From positions 8,512 to 72,511 of the forward strand of contig CAWBMV010000035.1 in the NCBI GenBank assembly GCA_963789955.1: a stretch of DNA of 64,000 nucleotides. Reading direction: 5' to 3'. Position 1 is the stretch's first letter. Each line of letters begins with the position of its first letter. Positions 9,895-22,144 of this stretch are shown piece by piece. This DNA is from an uncultured Candidatus Rokubacteria bacterium. GTDB taxonomy: Bacteria; Methylomirabilota; Methylomirabilia; Rokubacteriales; CSP1-6. Under the pieces are notes generated by a model. It was not told the origin of the DNA and searched no databases. It was given only the letters and a program-made list of their open reading frames with translations. The position numbers were made by a program, and so were the translations under genes.

Positions 9895-11837
9895 CGCCGG
9901 CGCTCCGCTGGACGGCGCTGGTCGTGGCGCTGCTCGCCTATCCGTTCGTCGACCGCGCGCTCGGGATCCAGACGGTGCACGCGGTCTCCGACGGCATGAT
10001 CTACGTGCTGCTCGCGCTCGGCCTCAACATCGTCGTCGGCTACGCGGGCCTGCTCGACCTGGGGTACGCGGCGTTCTTCGCGATCGGCGCCTACGCGATG
10101 GGCCTCTTGAACTCGCCGGTCGCTCGGCTCGCCGCTCTACGGACACGGCTGGAGCTTCTGGCTCTGCATCTGGATCGCCGCGGCGGTGTCGGCGCTGCTC
10201 GGCACCGTGATCGGCGCGCCGACCTTGCGGGTGCGCGGCGACTATCTCGCGATCATCACGCTCGGGTTCGGCGAGATCATCCCGGTCGCGATCCGCAATC
10301 TCGGCGACATCACGGTCGACATCGGGGGCTGGCGCCCGGTCGAGCGGCTCAACCTGACCGGCGGCGAGAACGGCGTCAACCCGATCGGCCGCCCGCACCT
10401 GCCCGGGCGTGCCGTTCGAGACCGATCCCGTGCCGTGGTACTTCCTGATCCTCGTCATCGGCGTCCTGTCGATCTGGGCGATGACCCGGCTCCACGATTC
10501 GCGCCTGGGCCGCGCGTGGATGGCGATCCGCGAGGACGAGACCGCCGCCGATTGCACCGGCGTCAACCCGATCTCGACCAAGCTCCTGGCGTTCGCGCTC
10601 GGCGCCTCGTTCTCGGGCTTCGCCGGCTCGGTCTACGCCGCGAAGCTCCAGGCCATCACGCCGGGCGCGTTCGAGTTCCAGGTGTCGATCATGCTCCTGT
10701 GCATGGTCGTGCTCGGCGGCGCCGGCAGCATCAAGGGCGTGATCCTCGGCGGCATGCTCATCACGATCTTCGACCGCGTCGTGCTCTCGCAGACGACGTT
10801 CTTCGTGCGCTGGATCGGACGCACGCACCGGCGTGCACGCACTGACGGTGGCCGACGTCACGCTGTGGCGCTGGTTCTTCTTCGGACTCGGGCTCGTGCT
10901 CGTGATGCTGCTGAAGCCCGAAGGCCTGGCCGGCCGCCGGGTCCGTCCGATCGCGCCGACCGACGACGAGCTCGACGCGCCTCGCGATCGAGGAAGCGCC
11001 GCGCCGCACGGCCGCCCTGCCGGCGTGGCTCCTCGAGAGTGCCCGGCGTTCGGCCGCGCCCGATCCGATTCTCGACGTGCGCGGGGTCGCCAAGCGCTTC
11101 GGCGGCGTCGTGGCCCTCGGCGAGGTCGACCTGGTCGTCCCGCGCGGCGCCATCATCGGGCTGATCGGCCCCAACGGCGCCGGCAAGACCACGTTCTTCA
11201 ACATCGTGACCGGCCTCATCTCGCCCGACGAGGGCCGCATCGTGTTCGCGGGCACCAGCATCGTGGGACTCCGGCCGAACGCGATCGTCGGGCGCGGGAT
11301 CGCGCGCACCTTCCAGTCGATCCGGCTCTTCCCGCAGATGACCGTGCTGGAGAACGTGCTGGTGGGCGAGCACTGCCGCCTGCGCGCGAGCGTACCCGGC
11401 GCCGTGCTGCGTCCGGCATCGGTCGTGGCCGAAGAGGCCCGCGCTCGCGAGCGGGCGCGCGAGCTGCTCGCGTTCATCGGCCTCGACGGCAAAGGAGACG
11501 ATCTCGCGCGCAACCTGCCGTACGGCGACCAGCGCCGGCTCGAGATCGCCCGCGCGCTCGCGACCGAGCCGCGGCTCCTCCTGCTCGACGAGCCGACCGC
11601 GGGCATGAACCCGCGCGAGACCGAGAACCTGACCGACCTTGATCGGGTCGCTGCGCCGCGAGCTCGACCTGGCCATTCTCCTGATCGAGCACGACATGGA
11701 AGTGGTGATGGGCATTTCCGACCGCATCACCGTGCTCGACTACGGCGTGCGCATCGCCGAGGGCACGCCGGCGGAGATCCAGCGGCATCCCAAGGTGATC
11801 GAAGCCTATCTGGGCACGGGCTACGAGCGCGAGCCGC

Positions 11838-11845
<8 letters not shown>
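9891..11845 (+). CDS. livM: LivM permease, probably fused to the LivG ATPase (several frameshifts)
   Basis: [50 protein letters not shown]; linker [33 protein letters not shown] is in frame with GPNGAGKTT...[15 protein letters not shown]. Confidence 0.82.
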
Positions 11846-12545
<700 letters not shown>

Positions 12546-12551
12546 CGCGGG

Positions 12552-13804
12552 TCAGCGGCGCGGCGTCAGGCCCTCGAGATCGAGCGCGGGCATGCGGCCC
12601 GCTCATCAGGTCGGCGACGATCCGGGCGGTGCCGCACGCCATCGTCCATCCCATGTGGCCGTGCCCGCTGTTGAAGAAGAGGTTGCGATGGCGGCCGAGC
12701 CCGAGAATCGGCGGCCCGTCTGGCGTCATCGGGCGCAGGCACGCGCGATACTCGCCCCGGTCGTAGTCGGCGGCGTCCGGGAAGAGATCGCGCGCGAGCT
12801 TCAAGATGTTGTTGAAGTCGCGCGGCGTCCAGCCCCAGTCGTAGCCGGCGAACTCCGCGGTCGACGTCAGCCGCAGCCGATCGCCCAGGCGTGACCAGCC
12901 GACCAGCCATTTCTCGTCGACGCCCGGCACCATCGGCGCGCGGCCGCCGGGCTTCAGCGGGAACGTCGACGAATAGCCCTTCGCCGGATAGACCGGAAGG
13001 CTCACGCCGGCCGTGCGCGCGACGATCGGCGCGCCGACGCCGAGCGCCAGCACGTAGTTGTCCGCCGTGAGCACGCCCGCGTTCGTGAGCGCCGCGTCGA
13101 TCCGGTCGCCGCCGGCCTGCAGCGCCGTCACGCGGGTGCCGAGCTTCACGACGACGCCGAGCTTCTCGCGACAGACGCGCGCGAGATTCTCGACGAAGAC
13201 GCGCGAATCACCGCTCGAGTCCCCGACGTCGCGGATCGCGCCGGCGATCTTGGCCTGGACGGGCTCGAAGACCGGATCGAGCTGGGCCACGCCGCGCGCG
13301 TCGAGGATCTCCTGCTTCTGCCCGTGCTCGGCGAGGAGCGCCATCTTCTTCACGCCGGCCTCGAGCTCGGCGCCATCGCGGTAGAGATAGAGCGCGCCTC
13401 TTCGTGATCGCGTGGTACTCGATCTGCTCGGCCCGCACCAGGTCGTTCATCACCGACTGGCTGTACTGGCAGAGCCGCAGCTTGATCAGGGTGTTCCGGC
13501 GCGCCCGGTCCGCGGTGCACTCGCGCAGGAAGCGCAGGCCCCACGTGTACAGGCGAAGGTCGGTCGTCGGCCGGATGCGGATCGCCGTCTCGCCGCCACG
13601 CAGCGAGTCCCACAGCATGCGCGGCGCGCGCGGCGACGCCCACGCGAACGAGTGGCCCGGCGCGATGATCCCGGCGTTGCCGGAGCTCGCCTCGAGGCCG
13701 AGCCCGTCCTTCTCCTCGAGGATCGTGACCTCGTGGCCCGCCTTGGCCAGGAAGTAGGCCGTCGTCACGCCGACCACGCCGCCGCCGAGCACGAGCGTCT
13801 TCAT
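12552..13804 (-). CDS. dadA: D-amino acid dehydrogenase (DadA-like FAD oxidoreductase), frameshifts near 13395 and 12598
   Basis: VLGGGVVGVTTAY, EASSGNAG, VYPAKGYS, ACLRPMTPDGPPILG, NSGHGHMGWTMACG. Confidence 0.85.
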
Positions 13805-13808
13805 GGGA

Positions 13809-14816
13809 TCACGCCTCGAGGAGGAATCCGGCTCGAACCGGATCGTCGGGATCGAAGAGGAACTGGCTGAATCCAGTCAGGTACGAGGTGCCGGTGATCT
13901 CCGGCAGGATCGCGCGCCGGCCCTCGACCGTGGTCTCGCCGGCGATGCGGCCCGTGAAGTCGAGACCCAGGAGCCCGCGGCTCGTGATGCTCTCGCCCAC
14001 GCGCAGGAGCCCGCGGTGATGGAAGAGCGCCATGCGCGCACAGGTCCCGGATCCGCAGGGCGCCGCGTCGACCTGACCCGGCCCCCACACGAGCGCGTTC
14101 GGCGAGACGCCCGCGCCGTCCGGCAGCTCGTGCACGAGCACGTTGTCGACGCTGGCCTTGCCGAGGCCCGGCACGTTCACCTCGAGCTGAGCATTGACGG
14201 CCTCGCGAACGGCCATGCCTCGCTGCGCGATGCGCTTGGCCAGCTCGCGCCGCACGCCGACGCCGAGCTTCTGCGCCTCGACGATGGCGAAGACGTTGCC
14301 GACGCCGACCGCGATGTCGACCGGCACCTCGCCCACCGATTCGACCTCGACGCTCTGTCCGGCGAGCACGACGAACGAGGGCGTCCAGCGCAAGGTGACC
14401 TCGCGAACGCGGTCGCGGTCCGAGCGCGCGACGGTCTCGACGACGCCGGCCTCCGTGTCGATGATCACGGGTGTCTCGGCGCCGACCCGCGGCACCATCC
14501 CGGTCTCGATCGCCACCGTCGCGGCGCCGATCGTGCCTTCGCCGCACGAGACGTAGTAGCCGCCGGGATAGATGAAGAAGAGCCCGAAGTGAGCGCCCGG
14601 CGTGACCGGCTCGGTCATCACCGCGATCAGGAGACTGCGGTGCCCGCGCGGCTCGAGGCAGAGACCCGTCCTCAGATCGTCGTGGTGCTCCTGGAAGAAG
14701 CGCCGCTTCTCGCCGATCGTGGCGCCCGGGAGCCGCCCGAGGCCGCTGGTGAGCAGACGCATCCCGATTCCGGCGGTGTGAAAATCGATGGTCGAGATGA
14801 CTCGATCGGACCGCAT
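13809..14816 (-). CDS. proline racemase family protein with deviant active-site motifs
   Basis: IDFHTAG, LEPRGH, SCGEGTIG and DAAPCGSGT (two catalytic Cys), ILPEITG. Confidence 0.88.
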   Translation of the reverse strand: MRSDRVISTIDFHTAGIGMRLLTSGLGRLPGATIGEKRRFFQEHHDDLRTGLCLEPRGHRSLLIAVMTEPVTPGAHFGLFFIYPGGYYVSCGEGTIGAATVAIETGMVPRVGAETPVIIDTEAGVVETVARSDRDRVREVTLRWTPSFVVLAGQSVEVESVGEVPVDIAVGVGNVFAIVEAQKLGVGVRRELAKRIAQRGMAVREAVNAQLEVNVPGLGKASVDNVLVHELPDGAGVSPNALVWGPGQVDAAPCGSGTCARMALFHHRGLLRVGESITSRGLLGLDFTGRIAGETTVEGRRAILPEITGTSYLTGFSQFLFDPDDPVRAGFLLEA

Positions 14817-14865
14817 GGGCACCTCACTCTGCGCGACGTCTGCGGCGCGCACCGCCGCGCCGAAA

Positions 14866-16347
14866 TCATACCGCAGACGCGGCCCGCCCGGCCGCTAGCC
14901 GACACGCCTGGAAGTAGGGCGCCGCGGTCTCCGCCAGCACGAGCCCTGGCCCGGCCGCGGCGCGAACCTCGCTCGCGATCGCGGCGACCTCGGCGAGCAC
15001 GGCCGGCTCGTCGAACGCCAGGATGCGGCCGTCGCGCAAGACCCACACGCCGTCGATCATCACCGCCGCCACCGCGGCGGCGCCGCCGTGCTGGACCAGA
15101 TGCGGCACCGTCACGGGCGATCCGGCCAGCGCGGCCGTGCGCGGATCGAGCAGCACGAGATCGGCGCGCTGGCCCGGCTCGATGCGGCCGACCGCCCCGG
15201 CCTGGCCGATCGCGCGGGCCCCGCCGCTCGTCGCCATCTCGAGGATCCGGCGCGGCGCGGGCCACGCGCGCGGGTCCGGCGTGTCGGGCCGCGGCAGCAT
15301 GAGGGCCAGGCGCATGATCTCGAAGAGGTCGTGGCGGCCGCCCGAGTTCGACGAGTCCGTCCCGAGCGCCAGCGGCACGCCGCGCTCCAGCATCATGGGC
15401 AGTGACAGGCGCCCGCTGCCGAGCATCAGGTTGCTGGCCGGATTGTGGACCACCGTCACGCCGTGGCGAGCGAGGAGATCGGCCTCCTCCGGCGCGAGCC
15501 ACACGCCGTGTGCCACCGAGAGGCGCTCGCTCAGAACACCGGCGCGCGCCATCTCCGCGACCGTCCCGCCCGGCCACACCGCCGCGCCCCTGACCGCCTG
15601 GGCCCGTGTCTCCACGAGATGCGTGTGCGCGTGAAGTCCCGGGTCGGCGGCGAGACGCCGCCACACGTCGATCAACCCCGAAGAGCAGCGCTGAAACGCG
15701 TTCGGACCGAGCAGGATCGTGACGCGGCGGTGACCGCGCCACTGACTCGCGAGATCGCGATACATGCCTTCGGCGGCGGCGGGCTCGGAGCGCGGCGCGG
15801 TGTCGAGCGCGGCGCGGATCTCCGGTGGAAGCGCGAGCTGCAGGAATTCGTGGTCGAAGACGTCGTGCATGAACGGCGCGAACGCGACGCGCATGCCGCT
15901 CGCCGCGTGCGCGGCCAGCGCGGCCTCGGCAAATCTCGTGTGCGGGAAATGATCGAGGCAGGCGGTGATCCCGTTACGGATCATCTCGGCGGCGCCGAGC
16001 AGGACGGCCAGCCGGATCGCCTCCGCGCCGAGCGCCCGGCCGTAGGCCACGGTATAGAGCGCCCATGGCTCGAGCGGCAGGCTGTTCTCGGTCCCTTTCA
16101 GCAAGGTGCCGTAGGAGTGATAGTGCGCGTTGACCAGGCCGGGCATCAGGATCATCCCGGCGGCGTCGATCACCTCGCCGGCCCGGGCCCTCGTGTCCCG
16201 CTGCTCACGGTCCGTCAGGGCGACCGCCACGATCGAGTCGCCCTCGACGAGCACGCCGCCCGCGCGCGGCTCGTTGCCCGCGTCGGGACGGACCAGCCGC
16301 GCGTTGGCGATGTAGACGCTCGACCGACCCGCGGCCGTTCCGCTCAA
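14866..16347 (-). CDS. metal-dependent amidohydrolase / deaminase (AtzA/MtaD-like)
   Basis: MPGLVNAHYH, HTHLVE (HxxE), VAHGVW, HNPASN, LGTD, GRIEPGQRADLV; TTG start overlaps the upstream stop. Confidence 0.88.
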   Translation of the reverse strand: MSGTAAGRSSVYIANARLVRPDAGNEPRAGGVLVEGDSIVAVALTDREQRDTRARAGEVIDAAGMILMPGLVNAHYHSYGTLLKGTENSLPLEPWALYTVAYGRALGAEAIRLAVLLGAAEMIRNGITACLDHFPHTRFAEAALAAHAASGMRVAFAPFMHDVFDHEFLQLALPPEIRAALDTAPRSEPAAAEGMYRDLASQWRGHRRVTILLGPNAFQRCSSGLIDVWRRLAADPGLHAHTHLVETRAQAVRGAAVWPGGTVAEMARAGVLSERLSVAHGVWLAPEEADLLARHGVTVVHNPASNLMLGSGRLSLPMMLERGVPLALGTDSSNSGGRHDLFEIMRLALMLPRPDTPDPRAWPAPRRILEMATSGGARAIGQAGAVGRIEPGQRADLVLLDPRTAALAGSPVTVPHLVQHGGAAAVAAVMIDGVWVLRDGRILAFDEPAVLAEVAAIASEVRAAAGPGLVLAETAAPYFQACRLAAGRAASAV

Positions 16348-17183
16348 GCCGTCAGCGACGGAAACCAGTGGCGCTTGCCCGCGCGAGCGAGCCGCGTGTC
16401 CCACTCGGCGAGGATTCGCACGGCCATGTTCGCCGCCTTCACGGAATGCTCGATGCCGCCGTAGACGAAGCGATCGGTGATGCGGTTCGCGACCACCGTG
16501 CAGACGGCGCCCGCGCGGAGACTGTAGAGGCCGGCCATCGTGAAGATCGTGGCCGCCTCCATCTCGAAGTTGAGCACGCCGGCGCGCCGCAGGTCGTCCA
16601 CCTTGTCGCGGAAGAACGCCTGCTCGTATCCGTTGAAGCCCGGCCGGCCCTGGCCGCAGTAGAAGGACGCGGTCGAGCAGCTCACGCCGACGTGGTAGCG
16701 GAGCCCGAGGCGCTCGGCGGCCTCCACGAGCGCCGCGGTCACCGCGTAGTGCGCGACGGCCGGGTACGCCGGATCGACGTAGTACTGGCTCGTCCCGTCG
16801 TGGCGCATCGCCCCCGACGAGATGACGATGTCGCCGCACTCGATCTCCGGCTGGAGCGCTGCCGTCGTGCCCACGCGGATGTAGGTGTCCCCGCCGAGGA
16901 CCGCGAGCTCCTCCAGGGCGCTCGCCGTCGAGCCCCCGCCCGCGCCGGTCGAGCAGCACGTGAGCGCGACACCGCCGACCTTGCCGGAGAACGTGCGGTG
17001 CTCGCGATAGTTGGCGATGCGGCGCGACTCGTCCCAGTCGGCGGCGATCAGGTCCACGCGCTCCGGATCGCCCGGCAGGAGGACGTAGCGTTCCACGTCA
17101 CCGCGCTTGCACCGGATGTGGTACTGCAGGCCCGCGTCCATCTCGGGCCGCGTAGCCGCCGACGTCCAGTTCGATGGCGTCAT
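16344..17183 (-). CDS. udp: uridine phosphorylase family nucleoside phosphorylase
   Basis: QYHI, VLLPGDPERV, NYREHRT, YIRVGTT, SFYCGQGR, NFEMEAATIF, VVANR. Confidence 0.87.
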   Translation of the reverse strand: MTPSNWTSAATRPEMDAGLQYHIRCKRGDVERYVLLPGDPERVDLIAADWDESRRIANYREHRTFSGKVGGVALTCCSTGAGGGSTASALEELAVLGGDTYIRVGTTAALQPEIECGDIVISSGAMRHDGTSQYYVDPAYPAVAHYAVTAALVEAAERLGLRYHVGVSCSTASFYCGQGRPGFNGYEQAFFRDKVDDLRRAGVLNFEMEAATIFTMAGLYSLRAGAVCTVVANRITDRFVYGGIEHSVKAANMAVRILAEWDTRLARAGKRHWFPSLTA

Positions 17184-17954
17184 CCCTTGGTCTCCTTCTT
17201 CACGACGATGGCCGGAATTCCGGTGCTGAAGCTCGCGACCGGCACGAGCTCGGACACGTTTTCTTCGGCGCAGTAGCCCACGTCATCGGGCGAGCCGATG
17301 CGGCGCACGACGGCGGCCGACATCGACTGATCGAAGGCCTCGCGCGTCCCCGCGAACACCGACGCGGCGTTGCGCGCGATCGTGGCCGACTCGCGCAACG
17401 TCACTGTCTCCCCGCCGGCCCGAACGAGCTCCTCGCCGTGACGCAGGAGGGCCGCGGCGCAATAGGAGTCGTCGAGGGCGGGAATCAGGCTCTGCTCACG
17501 TCCCGGCGCACACCAGGCTGATGCTCCGGCCGAGCCGGCGCGCCAGCGCGACGGCCGATCGCATGACGGCGGCGCCGTTGCGCATGCAGCCGATCAGCAC
17601 GTGCTCGACGCCGCAGTCGCGCACGAGCTCGGCCGCGAGTGTGCCGTTGGTCGTGGCGAGGATCACGCGGCGGCCCGCGAGGTCGATCGCGTGGAGCGCC
17701 GCCGGCGAGGGCGTGAGATCCGCGTCGGCGGCTTTCAGCCCCGAGGTGTCCTCGGCGCACACCAGCGCATCGAGCCGGGTGCGCAGCTCGGCGACTCGTG
17801 GACGATCACGCTGGCCGACCAGGATGACCTCAGAGCAGCCGCGGTCCAGCAAGGTCACGATCGTGGTGCTCGCGCGGATCACGTCGATCAGCACCGCGAC
17901 CGGAGACGGCTGCCGCGTCGCCTCGCGCGGCAGGAAGCAGACCTCGAAGTCCAC
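17180..17954 (-). CDS. 2-phosphosulfolactate phosphatase (ComB) family phosphatase, frameshift near 17500
   Basis: [41 protein letters not shown], then [11 protein letters not shown] and DDVGYCA in the shifted frame. Confidence 0.82.
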
Positions 17955-17964
17955 TGAGCCGCGC

Positions 17965-19317
17965 TTACGAGGTGGCCGGCGCCGCGTTGGCGGAGGGGAC
18001 GTCGCCCGGATCGGCGCCCTGCGCGCGCATCGCCCGCTGGATCGCGACGGGATCGACGTCGCGTAGACGCGAGCCGTGATTCAGCGCCAGCGCGGCCGCG
18101 ATGCCGGCGGCCTGGCCCTGCACCATGCACGGCGGGATCTCGCGCGAGATCTTCTGCGCCTGCGGATCGGCCGAGTAGTGCCGCCCGGCCACGATGAGCT
18201 GGTCGAGGTTCTTGGGAAGCAGCGCCCGGTACGGCGTGTAGTAGTCGCGCCCCCGGCAGACCGTGTCGCGGAAGTGGCGCCGCTCGAGCACGTCTGCCTT
18301 GGTGACGACGTACTCGCCCTCGAGCAGCCGGCTCTGGCGCACGCCGAGCTGCGGCGCGACGTCGATCAGATAGCACTGAGCGAAGCCGGGAAGCTCGGCG
18401 CGCGCGAACGCCATCAACGACGCGATGCGGCGCCTGCCCTCCAGCTCGGCGGCGGTCATGTCCTCGACCTTGAGGGCGTCGTAGCCGGTCATGTGCGGGC
18501 AGTTGCACCAGACGATGCCGGGGAGCGGCGTCTTGAGCCACCAGAAGTCCCAGGCGCCACCGAGCAGTCGCTTGGCCTGCCGGTCCAGCGCGCTGAACTC
18601 CTCGGGGTGCTCGTACTCGAACCGGAGCGCTGCGTCGGTGTCCACGTTGCCGAGGCGGAACACGGTCGTCACCATGTACCCGCCGACGACGTGCGGGGCG
18701 CCGGCCCGCGCGGCGACGTCGAGGTCGCCGGTTGCATCGACGACGATCTCGGCGAGCAGCGCCTGGCGGCCCGCCTTGGTCTCGACCACGGCGCCGCGCA
18801 GGCGCCCGTCCTCGACGATCGGCTCGGAGAACCAGCTGTGCAGCCTCAAGTTGACGCCGCTCTCGACGACGAGATCTTCCGAGACTGCGTTTCCAGCCGT
18901 CCGGATCGAACGCGACCGCGTAGACGATCGGCTGGGGCTTTCCGTGGGCGCGGAAGTCGTGGCATCCCCAGCGCGCCCACGTCCGCCACACGTCCCAGCC
19001 CACGCGGCGCTCTTCGATCGGCGGCGACACCGCGAGGCCGAGCTTCTCGAGCCGCTCGATGGCCTCGCCGATCAGCCCCGTCGTGGTGATTTCGGCTCCG
19101 TTCACCATGTCGTCGAGCACGAGCACCATGCCGCCCGACGCGAGCCCGCCGAGATACGGATAGCGCTCGATCAACGTGACCCGCGCGCCGCTCCGCGCCG
19201 CGGCGACCGCGGCACTGACTCCGGCCGGACCTCCGCCCACCACGAGCACGTCGCTCCGGTCGACGATCGGGGTCGAGCGGGTCGCCTCGGCGACCGTGGG
19301 CGGCGGGGCGCAGCCAT
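17965..19317 (-). CDS. FAD-dependent oxidoreductase (uncharacterised FAD_oxidored family), frameshift near 18880
   Basis: [62 protein letters not shown]. Confidence 0.87.
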
Positions 19318-20154
19318 CACGACACCTCGCCCTGTTTCCAGGTGACGATGCGCCGCTCGGCGAAGCTGACCACGGCGAAGAAGACGACGGCCCAGGCCGA
19401 GGAGACGAACACCGTCGCGTAGAGAAGCGGCGAGCGGAAGTTGTGGGTGGCCTCGATGATCAGGGCGCCCAGCCCCAGGTCGGCGCCGATCCACTCGCCG
19501 ACGATCGCCCCGAGCACGGAGGTGGTCGAGGCGATCTTGAGCGCCGAGAACAGGAACGGCAGCGAGCTCGGCACGCGCAGCTTCCAGAACACCTCGGCCT
19601 TGCTCGCCGACAGCACGCGCATCAGCTCGAGCGATTGCGGGTTCACCGACGTGAGGCCCCGCACCATGTTGGCGAGGGTCGGGAAGAAGCAGATGAACGC
19701 GGCGATCACGACCTTGGAGGTCATCCCGAGCCCGAAGATCAGGACCAGGATCGGCGCCTTGGCCAGGATCGGGATCGTGTTCACGAACACCGCGATCGGA
19801 TACAGCGCCGCTTCGAGACGGCGAGAGTGCACGAACAGCACGGCCACCGCGATCGCGATCGAGTTGCCGACGACGAACCCGATGAGGCTCTCGACCGCGG
19901 TCGGCACGAAGTTGCGCATGAGCATGGGGAAATCGCTCACCAGGGCTTTCGTCACCTGGATGGGCGTGGGCGCGATGTAGATCGGGTAGCGAGAACACCT
20001 GCGCCAGGATCTGCCAGGCGGCGACGAGCACCGCCGCGGCGATGAACGGCAAGAGCGCCTGCGATCGGGGGCGCGGCGGCCGCGAGACGGCCGGCGCGGG
20101 AGCGCGGCGCGCGGCGGCGGGCTCGGCGATGACCGCGGTCGGCTTGTCGTCCAT
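19317..20154 (-). CDS. NitT/TauT family ABC transporter permease, frameshift near 19990
   Basis: [54 protein letters not shown]. Confidence 0.9.
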
Positions 20155-20170
20155 CAGCGCCGTCCGTCCA

Positions 20171-20953
20171 TCAGCACGTTTGGAGTAATGCGCGCAGGTG
20201 CGAGGCGATCCGGATGAACTCCGGCGTCTCGCGGACGCTGAGCGGCCGGGGATAGGGCAGCTCGCACGCGACGAGCTCGCGCACGCGCCCCGGGTTGGTG
20301 GCCAGGACCAGGACGCGCTCGGACAGAAAGACCGCCTCCGGAATGCTGTGGGTGACGAAGAGGATGGTGGTGCCGGTCTCCCGCCAGATCCTCAGCAGCT
20401 CCTCGTTCAAGGTGTCGCGCGTGATCTCGTCGAGCGCGCCGAACGGCTCGTCCATCAGGAGGATCCGCGGCTCCGAGACGAGCGCCCGCGCGATCGCGAC
20501 CCGCTGGCGCATGCCGCCCGAGAGCTCGTGCGGCAGCGCGTGCTCACGCCCGGCGAGGCCGACGAGCCGCAAGAGCTCTTCCGGCTTGCGGAGCCCGGCG
20601 CGATCCCGCTTCTTCGGCCCGACCTCGAGGGGGAGCCGCACGTTTTCGAGCGCCGAGCGCCACGGCAGCAAGGTCGCGTCCTGGAACACGAACCCGAGCT
20701 CGCGGTTGAGTCGCGCCCGCTCCGGAGGTCCCCCGAGCACCGAGACCGTGCCGTGAGTCGGCGAGACGAGATCGGCGACGAGACGGAGCAGCGTCGACTT
20801 GCCGCATCCGGAGGGTCCGAGCAGGCTGACGAAGCCGCCCGGCTGCACCGCGAGGCCGACATTCTCGAGCGCGGTGACGGAGCCGCGCTCGCTCGTGAAC
20901 CGGACGGTGGCGTTCTCGAGCTCGACGGCGAGTGTCGCGCCCGGACTGCTCAT
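20171..20953 (-). CDS. NitT/TauT family ABC transporter ATP-binding protein
   Basis: [56 protein letters not shown]. Confidence 0.94.
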   Translation of the reverse strand: MSSPGATLAVELENATVRFTSERGSVTALENVGLAVQPGGFVSLLGPSGCGKSTLLRLVADLVSPTHGTVSVLGGPPERARLNRELGFVFQDATLLPWRSALENVRLPLEVGPKKRDRAGLRKPEELLRLVGLAGREHALPHELSGGMRQRVAIARALVSEPRILLMDEPFGALDEITRDTLNEELLRIWRETGTTILFVTHSIPEAVFLSERVLVLATNPGRVRELVACELPYPRPLSVRETPEFIRIASHLRALLQTC

Positions 20954-20975
20954 GGGCTCGCCGGACTCGCCCCGC

Positions 20976-22029
20976 CTACGCGCCGATCTTGGGCCGCGCG
21001 GCCGCCGTCGCCTTCAGAGATCGCATCGGTCATCACGTCGGTGACCTTCGGGGCCGGGCCCTTGAACTGCTGGAGCTCGTCGTAGATGTGCAGCTGCTGC
21101 TCCCACACGCCGGGCTCCATCGTGCCCCAGCCCTTGGCCGCGGTGGTCTTGGTGAAGCTGAAGCCGAGCACGGGCTTGATCGCCGCCATCTCGGCGTCGC
21201 GATCCAGGTTCGGGTACGCCTTCACCAGGAGATCGACGGCCTTGTCCGGATTCTGCTGCGCGTACGCCCAGCCCTTGGCCGCCGCGCGCGTGAACCCGGC
21301 GAGCACGTCGCCGTGCTTCTGGAGCGTGTCGTCGGTCGCGTAGTAGAGGTTCGCGTAGAGCTGGATGCCCGCGTCCCAGAGCCGCATGTCGACCCGGTCG
21401 GAGCCGAGCGGCTTCAAGGCACTCGCGTTCGTGAGCCAGCCGGTGACCGCGTCGACCTGGCCCGTCAAGAGCGGCGCCATGTCGCTGCCCATCACCACGA
21501 CCTGCACGTCGGACTCCTTGATCTTGTGCTTGGCCAGGAGCGCGCGCAGGAGAATCTTCGCGGTGCCCTGCGTGCCGATCTTCTTGCCGATCATGTCCTG
21601 CGGCGTGCGGATCGGCTTCTTCGGAAGCGAGAAGTACGTGAACGGGTGCTCCTGATATCCGACCGCGAAGCACTTGACCGGGATCCCGCCCGCGCGGGCG
21701 AGCATCAGCGACGGGCTCGACGACAGGTTGCCGGCCTGAGCGGATCCGGCGGCCACGACCGCCACGCCGTCGACGTTCGGACCACCCGGCGCGAATTTCA
21801 AGTTGATCCCCTCGGCTTCGAAATAGCCGAGGCTGCGCCCGGCGACCTCGCCGATCTGGCCGTTGCTCATGATCCAGCCGAGCTGGAACGTCACCTCACT
21901 CGTCGCGGCGCGCGCGCCGCGCGCGACGGAGATGACGCCGCCGCCCGCCGCCACTCCGGCGAGCAGTGCGGCCGAGCGGCCGAGCATGTGGCGGCGGGTC
22001 AGATCGTGACTGGCGGGTGTCCGGCTCAT
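20976..22029 (-). CDS. NMT1/THI5-like ABC substrate-binding protein with Tat signal (probable terminal indel near 21015)
   Basis: GGAGG RBS; TRRHML twin-arginine signal; [31 protein letters not shown]. Confidence 0.88.
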
Positions 22030-22055
22030 AAATCCTCCTCGCGGCTCTGCTCGAC

Positions 22056-22138
22056 CGTTCCGCAACCTTAGCCGGTTTCCCCGGAGAATCCAAGCGCGCG
22101 AGGTTCCCTTTGACCTCCGTGCCGGCGTCACCTACGCT
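22056..22138. promoter_or_regulatory. divergent sigma70-type promoter pair; the + strand transcript is probably leaderless
   Basis: Minus strand TTGGAT-N17-TAAGGT; plus strand TTGACC-N17-TACGCT ending 6 nt before the GTG at 22145, with no RBS. Confidence 0.55.
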
Positions 22139-22144
22139 GCGACG

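Noticed and set aside
14866-16959. 697-aa extended amidohydrolase ORF
   Set aside because: The first ~200 aa are an alternative frame of the uridine phosphorylase gene; the real start is about 16347
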